A DNA stretch of 64,000 nucleotides from Heterodontus francisci (taxonomy: Eukaryota). The notes under the pieces were generated by a model that ran no database searches, was not told the DNA's origin, and was given only the letters and a program-made list of their open reading frames with translations. The translations under genes were made by a program, and so were the position numbers. Every line of letters starts with the position of its first letter. The stretch's first letter is position 1. Positions 1 to 12,357 of this stretch are shown here, one piece after another. The stretch covers positions 2,590,832-2,654,831 of the forward strand of contig NC_090417.1 in the NCBI RefSeq assembly GCF_036365525.1, in the 5' to 3' direction.

Positions 1-139
1 CATGAGGGTGGTGGCTGCAGTTGCATTGTGGAGGCAGAGGTCAGCTTTCCCCCCAGCATGGTGTTACTGGGGTTTGCAACCTCCTGCTATATCTGTGAAG
101 GCGTGGTCACTCTGGTTATTGTTCAAGCGAGTGTGCTGC

Positions 140-1400
140 AGAGAATCATTGAAATTTCCAGCTGAAAAGGATGCCATTCCACCCAATGTGCCCATGCTGG
201 CTTTTCAAAAGAGCAGTCATATTTTGTCCGTAATCCTGTAAATTCCTCATTCTCAGTAACCTGTCCAACTCCTTTTAAAATTATTGATGAAATCAGCTTC
301 CACCACCTTTTCAGGTAGAACATTCCAGATCCCGACAACTTGGGAGTGAAAACATTTTTCCTTATCTCCCCTCTGGATCTTTTACCAATGATTTTGAATC
401 TCTGACCTCTGGTTATTGGCCCACTTGCCAGTGGGAATAGTTTTTCTCTACCGACTATAACAAAAGCTCTCATCATCTTGAAAACCTCGAATAGGTCACC
501 TCTTAACCTTCTCTTAACCTCTTAACCTAACTTTTCCAACTTCTCTTCAGAACTGAAGTCCCTCATCCCTGGGACCATCCTTGTAAGCCTCCTCTGTCCC
601 TTTTCTAGGGTCTTTACATCTTTCCTGAAATATGCTGCCCAGAATTGACTATAATACTCCAGCTGAGGACATACCAGTGATTTATAAAGTTCTAGCTATT
701 CCTCCATTCATAACCCACAAGTAAACCATATGCCTTTTTAACCACATTGTATAAATGGTCACCAAGGTCTCTCTGCTCATCTACACTTCTTACAATCATG
801 CCATTTATAGTATACTGTCTTTCTACATTAGTTCTTCCAAAGTGTACCACTTCACACTTCTCTGCACTGAACTCCATCTGCCATGCTTCTGCCCATTTCA
901 CTATCTTTCTACATCATCCCAAAGCGTATAACTATCCTCATTGCTATCGATTAATATGTCAAGTGTTGTATCATCTGCAAACTTGATAATGCTGCTCCCT
1001 ACATCCACGTCGAGGTCGTTTCTAAAAATTGAAGAGAGTAATAGCTCCAAAACTGGCCCTTGGCAGACACAATTACAAACCACCACTGAGTCGGAAAAAC
1101 ATCACCACCATCCTTTTCTTCCTGTCACTGAGTCAAATTTGCATCCATAGTGCCATTTTCCCATTAATCCCATGGGCTTCCATCATCTTAATGAGCCCCC
1201 ATGTGGCACTTTGTCAAATGCATTTCGAAACTCCATATATACAACTGCACCACCTTCATTAACATTGTTACATCATCAAGAAAGTCAATCAAGTTACTGA
1301 GACATGATTCCTTTAACAAATCCACATTGGCTCTCTTTGATTAACCCATGTCTTTCCAAATGAAAGTTTATTTTGTCACTGATAATAGTTTCCAATAGCA
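140..1400 (-). mobile_element. CR1-clade LINE, decayed 3' portion (RT C-terminus and 3' UTR)
   Basis: ORF fragments KFADDT, WQMEFSAEKCEVVHFGR and REKLFPL, with stops and frameshifts. Confidence 0.85.
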
Positions 1401-2139
1401 TCCCTAATTTTTTTTAAAATTCTTTCTTTGGTTAACTAGCCCTATTTTAAAAACCCTGGAATATCCAGGCCCATGGAACATTGGAGAGATTTTAATAATC
1501 ATTGAGAATCAGCGAGATCACAAACACATGGAACTTATATATATTTTTAAAGTAATACTAAGCACAGTTGTGAATACCTCAACAGTTACTGTTATAACTC
1601 TCCAAAACACGGTGTCACTTACTGGGATGTCCAAACTATACAAACCACAAACTGATCACAAGAAAACTCATCTCCTATTCTCCCACTATACTAAACTGCA
1701 AAAAGTTTCTACAGAATCTGATTCCACCACCCTTTCAGGTAGTGCGTTCCAAATCTGAACAACCCTCTGGGTGTAGACATATATGTAAAATAATAAATTG
1801 AGGGCAGTAATTGGCTCTGTAGCCTCAGCTAAAATCATGAACAACTCAAGTTTCACTCTGGTTAATGGCAGCATCCCATACCTTGGGCAGGATCATAACC
1901 AAAAAATGGTGTGCATGAATGAATTTGGAAAATCACAGTAACATTCTGCGATCCAGGAGGAATAGAGGGGGTTTTGACATCTTGTTTGTGTGGTGGGATT
2001 GTAGATTGGGTGCTGGAGCATGCATTTGACTGGAGTGATACAGATTCGAGCATATATCTAATTGTAGTAAGCTTGCTGGCAGCCTCTGTTTAAATTGACG
2101 CCTGTGCTTGGCTGCAGCAGAGCCTCAACGGAGAGTAAG

Positions 2140-2370
2140 AACACAGAGAGCTGGAACCAGAGAGCGAGAGATAGAATCAGGCAGTGTTTACAGGAGAGAA
2201 CAAAAGAAGAACGAGAGGAAAGAGACGAGGGATCAAGAAAGAGAAATAAGAAACAGCATAAGAAACTGTGGGACAGAGAATGCGAGACATGAGTAAATAT
2301 CTGCACAAAAGAGAGTGTGCAATAGTCTGGAAGGCAGAGATGTAGAGGAAGATAATAAAATGTAGACAAA
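2140..2370. repeat. Purine-rich (GA) low-complexity tract
   Basis: Runs of gaga/gaaa; these explain the chance charged ORFs here. Confidence 0.6.
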
Positions 2371-4384
2371 GTCTAATTAGCTGTTCCATTTCATTTCTGT
2401 TTAACATACGAGCATCTTGACTGGATTAGTTGCAGCCACTTGTATATTTGTATTGTGGTTTAAATAAATTACATGAATTGTAACCTGGAGCAGTGCCCTC
2501 TTAACTGTGTTTAAGATTCGGTTCTGCCTCAGTAAAACCACAATTCAGCTGCTCAGAAGTTGTATTCATGGCACTGTGTTATTTGTAGTTTCGAATCAGT
2601 TATTCATTCACCCACACCTCACCGAAGCTATCGACTCGCGCGTTTGGTAATGAAATATATTTCCACTCACGGTGAGGATCTGCATCGTGTCCATGTTTCC
2701 AGCTGTCACAGCAAAGGAAAAGAACACACACACACACAAATGGGAATGGGAATTCCGTCGGTCCATCCCTTGCTCACAATGAAGCTGATCGATCAATCCT
2801 GTTTCTCTCCAGAAACATTCGCCTCGGCCTGTACGTCTTGCAATGTGAATCGAGCTGCAAGACTCCCTTCGATGGTTATTTCTTGTGAAATGGTAAAAAA
2901 AAACTTCTTCTTTAGAAAGTGACCAGCTGGTGAGAGCATTGACATGAGCTAGTTAGTCCCTTTTCTGGGTCTTTCACTGGCAACAAGCTAAACTTGGCGT
3001 GAAAAATCAAGAATTATCGCCCCATCCCCCACTCTAACTTCAAACGGTAAATTTCCAGGCCTTCCTCTCTGCTGTATCCCAGTGTCACCTCCAGATTTAC
3101 CCTGACTTCTCTTCCACTCTGTTTGCTGTGCATCATTCACTTTTACACAGGAACAGGCCATTCGGCCCAACAGGTCCATGCAAGTATTTATGCTGCATCT
3201 TTCTTCTTTTCACCCATCAACATGTGGTTTGTTACCACGTCAAAAAGACGTCTCCAGAACTGTTTAATGTAAAATAGGTTTTTGTTCAGGTGGTGATGTG
3301 ATAAGATGTGCTCAATCCTAGAGTCTATTCAGTAGATTTGCGCAGCAGATCTAAAGAAAACGACAAATGCTGAAATGAAGAGAGAACATGTTAGGAACGG
3401 ACAGCGGGTCTACCTGAAAAAGCGACACTCTCCAGGTGGAGAACCTTCATCAGAAGTTGTCACTGTCTAACCTGCTGGGACCCTCTGGCACTTTCCCCTC
3501 ATGTGTTAAGATGATTCGGTTTTCTCTTGACACATTCCTGTTCCGAGACCCGACGGTTGGGGATCTGCATCAGGAAATCGCAGGTGCAGCCTCCATTACC
3601 CGACCATTTCTGGCTGCACAGACCTAGAATTTGTGTTCCCAGCAGGCGAGGGTCTGCCTCTCAAATGTGCAATCTGAAAAATGCACCCTTAGTGTCACTT
3701 TTTTTAAAAATCACACTGTAATTTGCTAAACTGTTAGAGTAGCACAATTCATGCAACAGTTGACTGATCGTTATGACTTCAGGAACTTTCACTGAAAGGA
3801 CCTAAAGAGTTAAATGAATTTGATAACTGTGAACAGAATAGTTGGGTTTTAATCATTGCCACTGTACCGGAGCCAATTTCCTAGTTTGAACAAGCATAAA
3901 TAGCACCACCCAGTGGCTGTACCGATAAACATTCAATAAAAAGCCGGCATGCCATGGGGTCTTTTACATCCACCTGAGAGGGCAGAGGCCCTCGGCTTAA
4001 TGTCTCATGCTGACACTACAAAGAGTTTCGGATCATCTTTTAAAAATCTGCGATTCCAGTGAACTCCCTGACAAAAGCTTTGGGATGATGTCTGGCGCTT
4101 GCCACTGTCTCTAGTTGAAGTCTGATTTCGAAACTATTGTGACTTGCCGTGAAACGCTTATGCTTTCCTATTCTCAGATGCTTTCAATGCTTTTTTTGCT
4201 GGTAAGAAATATTAAAAGCCCCACATTTCTTCCAAATGAGCAGCAACTGTAAAAGGACGAGCACCCTTGCTCCCCTGAAAAATGCCCATTTCCTCAAGTT
4301 GCCTGAATGTTGGTCTTTGACCACTGGCTCCTGTTAGTTTTGTTTCAGACCTGTAATTTTATCTTCCCTGGGGCCAGCAACAGT

Positions 4385-4620
4385 ACAGCACAGGTTAGAT
4401 ACAGAATAAAGCTCCCTCCACACTGTCCCATCAAACACTCCCAGGACATGTATAGCACGGGGTTAGATATAGAGTAAAGCTCCCTCTACACAAAAAAAAA
4501 CAGGTTAGATTCAGAGTAAAGCTCCCTCTACACTGTCCCATCAAACACTCCCAGGACATGTATAGCACGGGGTTAGATTCAGAGTAAAGCTCCCTCTACA
4601 CTGTCCAATCAAACATTCCT
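4385..4620 (+). repeat. Short tandem array, ~69-bp unit (GGTTAGATACAGAGTAAAGCTCCCTCTACACTGTCCCATCAAACACTCCCAGGACATGTATAGCACGG)
   Basis: Four starts of the unit (two full, two partial); one copy is broken by an A-run near 4490. Confidence 0.85.
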
Positions 4621-4907
4621 ACTCAAACACAGGAACTGCACTAGAGTGAAGGGGGCTAAGTTCATTTGGCTTAAAGTCAATGACAACCTGCAAAGAGTGG
4701 TGTTATCAAGTAGGTCAGGTTGGGTTGCAACAATGGGGAGTTGGAAGTCAGAGCAGATGATTACAACTTTCTTCAGCTAGAATGGGTGCATTCGGAGAAC
4801 AGATGGGAGTATGTAGATTACCACTCACTCACCAACATTGCACTGCAGGAACCCCCCTCCCACTCCCTTTCTTGCACTGCATTACTCGCCAAACAAGCAT
4901 TATTCTC

Positions 4908-5052
4908 GAAAATAAAAGCAAAATACTGCAGATGCTGGAAATCTGAAACACAAACAAGAAATGTTGGAAATACTCAGCAGGTCTGGCAGCATCTGTGGAG
5001 AGAAAAGCAGAGTTAACGTTTCAGGTCAGTGACCCTTCAACAGAAGATGATG
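4908..5052 (-). mobile_element. Short Penelope-type retroelement tail with a 13-bp TSD and a decayed hammerhead motif
   Basis: Flanked by AAGCATTATTCTC at 4895-4907 and 5053-5065. Related copies lie at 8231-8319, 37928-38222, 49050-49145 and 52495-52585. Confidence 0.65.
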
Positions 5053-5127
5053 AAGCATTATTCTCTGCTGTACTTGGAGCTTCAATTTAATTCTTCACTG
5101 AAATGTTGTTTTTGATTGGCTCTTCAG

Positions 5128-5278
5128 GAGTCTCGGTGCTCGGCGGATCATGACTGTGGCCCTGGGAAATTCTGCCTTGCTTCTCGACGCGAACAACCCA
5201 TCTGCACTGCTTGCAGGGGGCTAAGGAGACGATGCCAACGGGATGAAATGTGCTGCTCAGGGAGCCACTGTTTAAATG
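5128..5278 (+). CDS. DKK4: Dickkopf-4-like protein, internal coding exon (CRD1, N-terminal cysteine-rich domain)
   Basis: Acceptor ...tcttcAG at 5127 and donor G|GTAAG at 5278; 151 nt, phase 0 to 1. Encodes ESRCSADHDCGPGKFCLASRREQPICTACRGLRRRCQRDEMCCSGSHCLN, containing 9 of the 10 CRD1 cysteines. The CRGLRRRCQRD.MCC segment matches DKK4 as recalled. Confidence 0.92.
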
Positions 5279-5734
5279 GTAAGAATTCAACAGCAGCAGC
5301 ATGAAGTTTCACCAAACAGCAGTGTCTATGTGCCATGTTAAAATGAAGCAGGCTCACTTTGCATTATAGCCTGAAAGGACTCCAGATCAAACTGGCTCCA
5401 AATGATTTTTGTGCGTCAGCCTGTCTGTGGCGAAGCTGGTTGATTCCAAATGATGATGGTGTTAAATATTAACCTGATTCCTTAGATCATCACTGGGTAA
5501 TTGAGGGGCTGGATTTTCTGATTGCCATTATTTTGAAGCTAGGGTAACCCATTTCTGTCTGAACATCAGTGTGAAAAGTAACACAGGTCAGAAAATCAAG
5601 TTCATGTGGTCTGGCATTACCTTCTCATTGTTTGTTGAGGGCCACAAACTCAACCAATGTCTTGCTCAAGATCCACTTTTGAAATGATGCCCACAGACTG
5701 AGGGAATGGAGTCAGGGTCATTCCATCAAACTGA

Positions 5735-6005
5735 TTTTAAGGTGCGAGGGGCAAAATTTAGAGGGGATGTGCGAGCCAAGTTTTTTTACACAGCGGGTGG
5801 TAAGTGCCTGGAACTTGCTGCCAGGGGAGGTGGTGGAAGTAGATACGATAGCGACGTTTAAGAGACATCTAGACAAATATATGAATAGGAAGGGAATAGA
5901 GGGATACGGACCCCAGAAGTACAGAAGGTGTTAGTTACAGCAGGCATCAAGATCGGCGCAGGCTTGGAGAACCGAATGGCCTGTTCCTGTGCTGTACTGT
6001 TCTTT
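5735..6005 (+). mobile_element. CR1/HER1 LINE 3' end
   Basis: Encodes FKVRGAKFRGD...FFTQRVV..WN.LP and ends with the GAATGGCCTGTTCCTGTGCTGTA tail. Confidence 0.85.
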
Positions 6006-7092
6006 TGATTGGAGGCCAAATTCGCCCACAGGCAGAGAGAAACCCATGAAATGGATAGGATACATTCACTGATCCCACACTCCATCTCCTGCCAAGCAAA
6101 GTGTTGGTCCATTACATAACTATTTCTATTTTGATGGCACCCTTTCCCTTATTCTACGGACACTGGGATAATCATGCCTTTTAACAGAATTCTTTAGGAA
6201 CAAAGAAAATGTGAAGGAATGGCAGTTCAGTCAACAACCAGTAGCTGGCAGATGGAGAACGGAAATTAAAGGTACAGAGTAGCAAGTTTACCACTTACAC
6301 AGGTGGAGAGATGAACTGGAAACGGCCCCTGAGCTGTATCATGATACCACCCTGTAAACCAAGCTCTTCGGTTTAACATTCTTTCTGTACTGCCTCCCCA
6401 ACCATGAAGCACTCCCTCAGTAAAACCTGCCTTTCAGGCTGCCAAGATCAAGTGGCCACTGTTGAACATCCTGGACAGTAATGGGTTAAGAACTGAACTT
6501 CCTTGTATCTTAGAGCAATGGACTATTCAAGATAAACAGGTTAGCAGTAGGGTGCCATAGAAGAAAGCTTGGTTTATGTTCCACTTCAAATTTCTCAGTA
6601 TTATCTACAAGAAATTCCTGTGCAAGGAAATAAGTGACTGGGACAACAACGGCCACGAGTGGTTGAAGGTTAACTTTAGTGGCTACTATAATGAACATAG
6701 GCAGAGGGTTACATTGATTGTCGTGTAGAAAAATAAGCAGTACAGTTAAGTTGGGAAGTTTTGGTTGAGAGAAGAATCTTTGAAGTAAAGAACTACAACT
6801 GTTTATGTGTATAGACTGCTTTCAAAGGATTCAGAAACAGATATGTCATGAGATCTTATTTGTGATATGTACTTTTGACGTAGACAAACTAAGGTGTACA
6901 AGGGAGCATGGTTTACAGAGGGTTCAAAAGATAGAGGCAGGAGCAGAATCCAAAAGCCAATCTCAGTGTACAGTTAGGCTGATCAATCCTGTATAAAGTC
7001 TGTTCTGTATACTCCATCATCAAGTGTCTCGAGCTTACTCAAAGTGAATATGGCCTTTCTCACTGTGCAGCGCTTCCTTGGTACTGCCCCTC

Positions 7093-7724
7093 TGTGCAAC
7101 ACTCCTTCAGTACTGCCCGACAGTGCAACACTCCTTCAGTACTGCCCCTCGACAGTGCAACACTCCTTCAGTACTGCCCGACAGTGCAACACTCCTTCAG
7201 TACTGCCCGACAGTGCAACACTCCTTCAGTACTGCCCGACAGTGCAACACTCCTTCAGTACTGCCCCTCGACAGTGCAACACTCCTTCAGTACTGCCCCT
7301 CGACAGTGCAACACTCCTTCAGTACTGCCCCTCGACAGTGCAACACTCCTTCAGTACTGCCCCTCGACAGTGCAACACTCCTTCAGTACTGCCCGACAGT
7401 GCAACACTCCTTCAGTACTGCCCGACAGTGCAACACTCCTTCAGTACTGCCCGACAGTGCAACACTCCTTCAGTACTGCCCGACAGTGCAACACTCCTTC
7501 AGTACTGCCCGACAGTGCAACACTCCTTCAGTACTGCCCCTCGACAGTGCAACACTCCTTCAGTACTGCCCGACAGTGCAACACTCCTTCAGTACTGCCC
7601 CTCGACAGTGCAACACTCCTTCAGTACTGCCCCTCGACAGTGCAACACTCCTTCAGTACTGCCCGACAGTGCAACACTCCTTCAGTACTGCCCCTCGACA
7701 GTGCAACACTCCTTCAGTACTGCC
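7093..7724 (+). repeat. Minisatellite: 20 full units plus 1 partial, in 29-bp and 32-bp variants
   Basis: Unit AGTGCAACACTCCTTCAGTACTGCCC[CTC]GAC; 11 short and 9 long units, otherwise essentially identical. Confidence 0.98.
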
Positions 7725-8230
7725 TCCATTCTGTGTATTTTTGAAATCTCCAAGCGTATAAAATATATATTGAGGGATGAGAATGATATATCTGTAATAT
7801 ATTAAAAATCTTACATCTGCATGCACTCCCTGGCAACCTTTCCATTATAAATTCCTAAGTCCACTCTTATAATGGAAAACATCTATATAAACTTTTCACA
7901 TTGCAATTACATTCTCCTACCAATTTCAGCACCGCCTCTAGTGGGGACTGTAATTCTAACATGCTGGTTTACCTTCAAACACTGCTGGTCTTTCTGCTGG
8001 CACAGTCTGCCTGGAAATTTGGCAATCATTAAATTTAACTTTAGCCACAATGAAAGTTGAATCGTGCTGATGGTTTCATTCCCACCTCTGATCCCACCAT
8101 GCCTTAAGCAATTTCTCAATTTTATTCCCTCTTGCACCATGGAGAGTTCATGGTGTTGCATGTTGTTTAACCAATCAATTTCCCAGATGCAATACCATTG
8201 TAACCTGTAGTGTGCTCCTGATATCAAGCA

Positions 8231-8319
8231 ACAAAAGCAAAATACTGCAGATGCTGGAAATCTGAAATAAAAACAAGAAATGCTACTGCTGAGTATTTCC
8301 AGTATTTCTTGTTTTTATT
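8231..8319. mobile_element. Inverted pair of Penelope-type tail fragments (hairpin)
   Basis: TGAAATAAAAACAAGAAAT ... ATTTCTTGTTTTTATTTCA, with TCAAGCA repeated on both flanks. Confidence 0.55.
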
Positions 8320-10976
8320 TCAAGCACCTACAGTTGGGATTCCCTGCACTTTGAACTATTTACGCACATTCACACAGAAACACAACACACATACAACAGA
8401 TCTGAAAGTTATGTAGTGCTAAAAACCTCAAGCAGATGTCATGTAATTGGGAGCCGAGTTAAAAACTCCAATCAGTGAACATTTGCCAGTCTCCAGGACA
8501 ACAGGATATTTAGGCAAACAGATGGATTGATTTATACTTACTATATTGCATACCTCACACAGAAGATATTAAATGTGAAATGTTTATTTAAATTTTAACT
8601 TTAAAAATTGTACTGTGCCTCAGTGTGGCAGAAGGTATTTTTTTCAATCATACGGTTTGGTTTTGAGTTATAAGCTTATCTTGTGAGTCTTGTTGTGGCA
8701 CCTACAGACACAAAGCTGGATCAGATTCAATGACAGGCACAATGCTCTGTGTAGAAAATAAGTTCAGGCCACAAGTAGATGCTTTCATATGGCTTAAGTG
8801 CCTTGACTAAGCAACCTGTACGCACCAACATATCAGAAGTACACATCTCCATATTGTTAATGAAACAACAGGGGAAGCAGAGAAATTCCTGTAGATCTTC
8901 GAGTTACTACTTTCAGACAGAACCATTTCCTTTTATTGTCACAATCTGCTTCTGTTACCAGCTTTCGTATATAGATATCGTATATTGTACCTATCTATAG
9001 AATATGCAATGTATAGTAAGTGTGAAGCAACCCATCTGATTGCCTAAACATCTTGTTGTCCTAGAGGCTGGCACATGTTCACTGATTGGAGTTTCGAACT
9101 AAACCCCCAATTACATGGCATCTGCTGATTTTCCTTTCATCCATGTCTTGATTATATTAAAAGTCTTACATATGGAACTTGCTCACATGCCTTCTGAAAA
9201 TCTAACCAACATCCACTGAATTGCCTTCACTGATTTAGTTCAACATTTGATTTGCTGTCCACAGTCCCATTGATAATATTAACCGAGTGGAACTTTATGA
9301 TATGATAATGCCTTTTCTTACCTCCACCTGTTTAAACCCTGAACCATGCTTTTATCACCTTTAGACTTCATTTTTGCAATGCCTTCCTTTCTGGCCTCTT
9401 ATCCTCTGCTTTCCACAAACACCATTTTATACGAAATTAGAAGCAGAAGTACGCCATTCAGCCCCTCGAGCCTGATCAGTCATTCAATAAGATCATGGCT
9501 GAAACACAGCTGTCTGTATCCTGTCTCACTCCCACATCATCCGTCTCTCCCTCCTCACTGACTCTCCAACCCTCAGTGTGTCAAATTTAAGCTCCTCATT
9601 CAAATCCTTCCATGGCCTTTCTCAACGACCCTATGTCCAAAACCCCCTTTAAGTACACATATCCCTTACACCTGTTGATTCTCTGACTCTGACCTTCTGA
9701 GTATTGCCCCTTCCCTTTACCTCCCTATAGCAAGAGTAGCTTTCAGTTGCCCACGCCCACGTTGTTAAACCCCTCCACTTCTCTCTCCTTGTTTATAAGC
9801 ATCAAGAACTATCTTTTCAACCAGGCATTCATTCCCCCAAACTCTCCCTCTGTGTTCTGGTCTATTTCTAAATGTGAGACACTTTGGTATTGTTCTTATG
9901 TTAAAGACAATGCAAAATGGAAGTTACTGTTATTAATAGGAGGGAGAATTCTATACAATTCAGATCAGCCATGATCTAATTGAATGCCAGAATAGGTTTG
10001 AGGGGCCGAATGGCCCACACCTACTCCTACAATGTGTAGCAAATTGAAAGTAAAAGATGGGATCGTGCATAGCAATGCATTGTATTAGTGTAACAGGGAC
10101 CATGCATGTAATTATCACATCTGTCTTTAGGGGAAGGTGCAAAGAACAGCTTCACCACAAGGAGCCAGAGAAAATCGAGGGTCTCTGAAATCATTGTTAA
10201 GTTTGGAAAAGGCAACAGATCATTGGAGGAAGGAAGGGCTGAAGAAGTTAAGGAGTTTGACAATTTAGAACTCTTAGGAAGCAATGATTTAGAGGTAGGA
10301 TAAAGGGAGGAGGAAAAGTATGTAGGATGAGCTATTCAGAGCTTGAGAGGAATGAGAAAGGAAAATTCAGAGGAGCAATGATAACCATCTGCTACATTAA
10401 CAGAGGTTTGCGAAGAGGGCAGCTGCTTTCTGACTGGGAAAGAGCATGTGTTGAAAAATGGATCTACAACAACGGAAAAGAACATTGCAACATGAAAAAT
10501 AATCCTTGATGATTAAATGTACACAGGATTTTCCTGCAAATTATTGCGAGTGATCACTTGCAAAAACTGAATGTAATTTTTGTGGCAAACCTGGCTATTC
10601 ATCCAACAGGAAATTGGCTGTCTCCTCTTGTGAAGTTGAGTTCTGTATAAATTGAGAATCTTTAACTCCCTCACATTTCATCAGAAATCTGCTTGGAAAT
10701 ACACCTTTGAAAGGTATCTTTAATCTTAACTCCTTTCTCCTGAGCCTTGACTAGCCGAAGGCAATGCTTTCATACAGCTGCATCCTGCGTAAATCTACAC
10801 CTACCACTGTTAAGTGTCACACAATAAAGTTAGCTTGAAAAGCCTTTCCATCTTGTGAACACAATTCGTGGTAAAGTACTGAAATTGTGTAAGAAGATTG
10901 ATCCCTCGGGAAGATAAGTGCTGGGAGGAGGGGGCGTTGGTAATTTCTGATAGACGTATGTTTTGCTCTCTCTCAG

Positions 10977-11144
10977 ATGTGTGCACACGGTCAGAAGGGC
11001 AGACTGCGGAGAAGTCATCTGAGGCGACACAATCACGGAAAACAAAGAGCAGCAAGAAGGCCAAGAAACCCAATTCCCAAAAAATAATTGAAACTCGGCG
11101 GAAGAATCAAAAGGAAAAGCTCGACAAATCACAAGAGAGCAAAG
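10977..11144 (+). CDS. DKK4: Dickkopf-4-like protein, internal exon (end of CRD1 plus basic linker)
   Basis: Polypyrimidine tract ttttgctctctctcAG, donor AAAG|GTAATA; 168 nt, phase 1 to 1. Splicing restores ...CLN-D-VC (10th CRD1 cysteine) and joins in frame to the last exon. Confidence 0.9.
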
Positions 11145-12357
11145 GTAATACATGTGACCAGCTCCAGCTGGCCACTTTTGATTTGCGCAACTTCTGCATT
11201 GCATTGGTCTTTACCCCACCTCAACACTAAAAACACGCAGAGGTGAAATAGTCATATTACATTGCAGCTCATGGAAAGTAAATATCTGGATACTTCACTG
11301 GTCGCACTGGAGCGTGCTTTAATCCTGCTGGAGATAAATTATGTAATATTCCCATTAAAATACCAGTAATTTGATATAAACATTCACTGCTTGGAGTAAA
11401 GTTGTGGTAAAATGTGGGAGTGAAACAGAAATGTGGGTCCTATGCCAGAAATTGTTGATTGTGCCCCTTTAACTGAATACTTCAAATCGTGCTCTCTTCC
11501 ATGTTCAGAGCCCAATTGTGCAACTGACTGGAATATTGGAACAGGAGCACGCTATTTAGTTCTTTGAGACCATTCAATGAGATCATGGCTAATCTAAGAC
11601 CTAACTCCATGTAGGATTTCTAGTTATTATTGAAAGTTACACAGTGCTATATTCACAGTTGCTATATGTCCAGGTAGAATTGTAGAAGTTGGTCCGTTGC
11701 AAGTTGTTTTTCTCTATTTCACTTTGCTGTTCTTGCAGCAAGGATCGATTTCAGTTCTATAGGGTGTGTGTATGTGTGTGTGTGGACAATACCCACCCTC
11801 ATTCCTTAACTCCAGCCTTTTTGTTTGTGAGATAAGTATCATAAGTACACAGACACTTCAATGATATGATCCAAGGTTGAAAGAACAGAATATATTTCAG
11901 GTCTTATTTTGTAATTCATGTCTCCCTCCTGGATACCAAACACCAATCCCTAGCTGTGATGACAGACACATGACCTTCTGGACTATCATACAGCAGCCAA
12001 CAGTTAAAGATGTAGTAAAACTGGGTCTCTAACCTTCCTCCTTCTTAGTAAGCATATCAAGTCTATTTGCAGCCACACTTCCCAAAAAACTGAGCTGAGA
12101 CCAAGGAGTAGGAGAAAGATGCACTGATTTGTCAAGCTCAATGTTCAGCACGCTTACATCACCAACAAAAATGCTTTTTCATGATTGCATAGAAATATTT
12201 CTCATAGCTTATTAATTTATTTCTATATTTGAGTCTGCAAATAACTTAAGCAAAACTTGTAATAAAAAAGCATTTGGTTAGGTTTATCATTGCCTTATGT
12301 TCAGGCTTGGCACAACATAATTACCATCATTGGATCATGAACTGCTAAAGTTATCAC

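Noticed and set aside
2-241. ORF MRVVAAVALW... as DKK4 exon 1 (superficially like human MVAAVLLG)
   Set aside because: There is no hydrophobic signal-peptide core (RQR follows at once), no N-x-I motif and no convincing phase-0 donor, and the ORF runs into a CR1 tail. Exon 1 is probably upstream of the window.
7044-7805. Three long repetitive ORFs, or a CRISPR-like array
   Set aside because: The units are contiguous with no unique spacers and there are no cas genes. The ORFs follow from a stop-free tandem unit.
11145-11230. Read-through of the DKK4 linker exon as a CRD1-only isoform
   Set aside because: A good donor at 11144 joins in frame to the CRD2 exon, and 28 open intronic codons are expected by chance.
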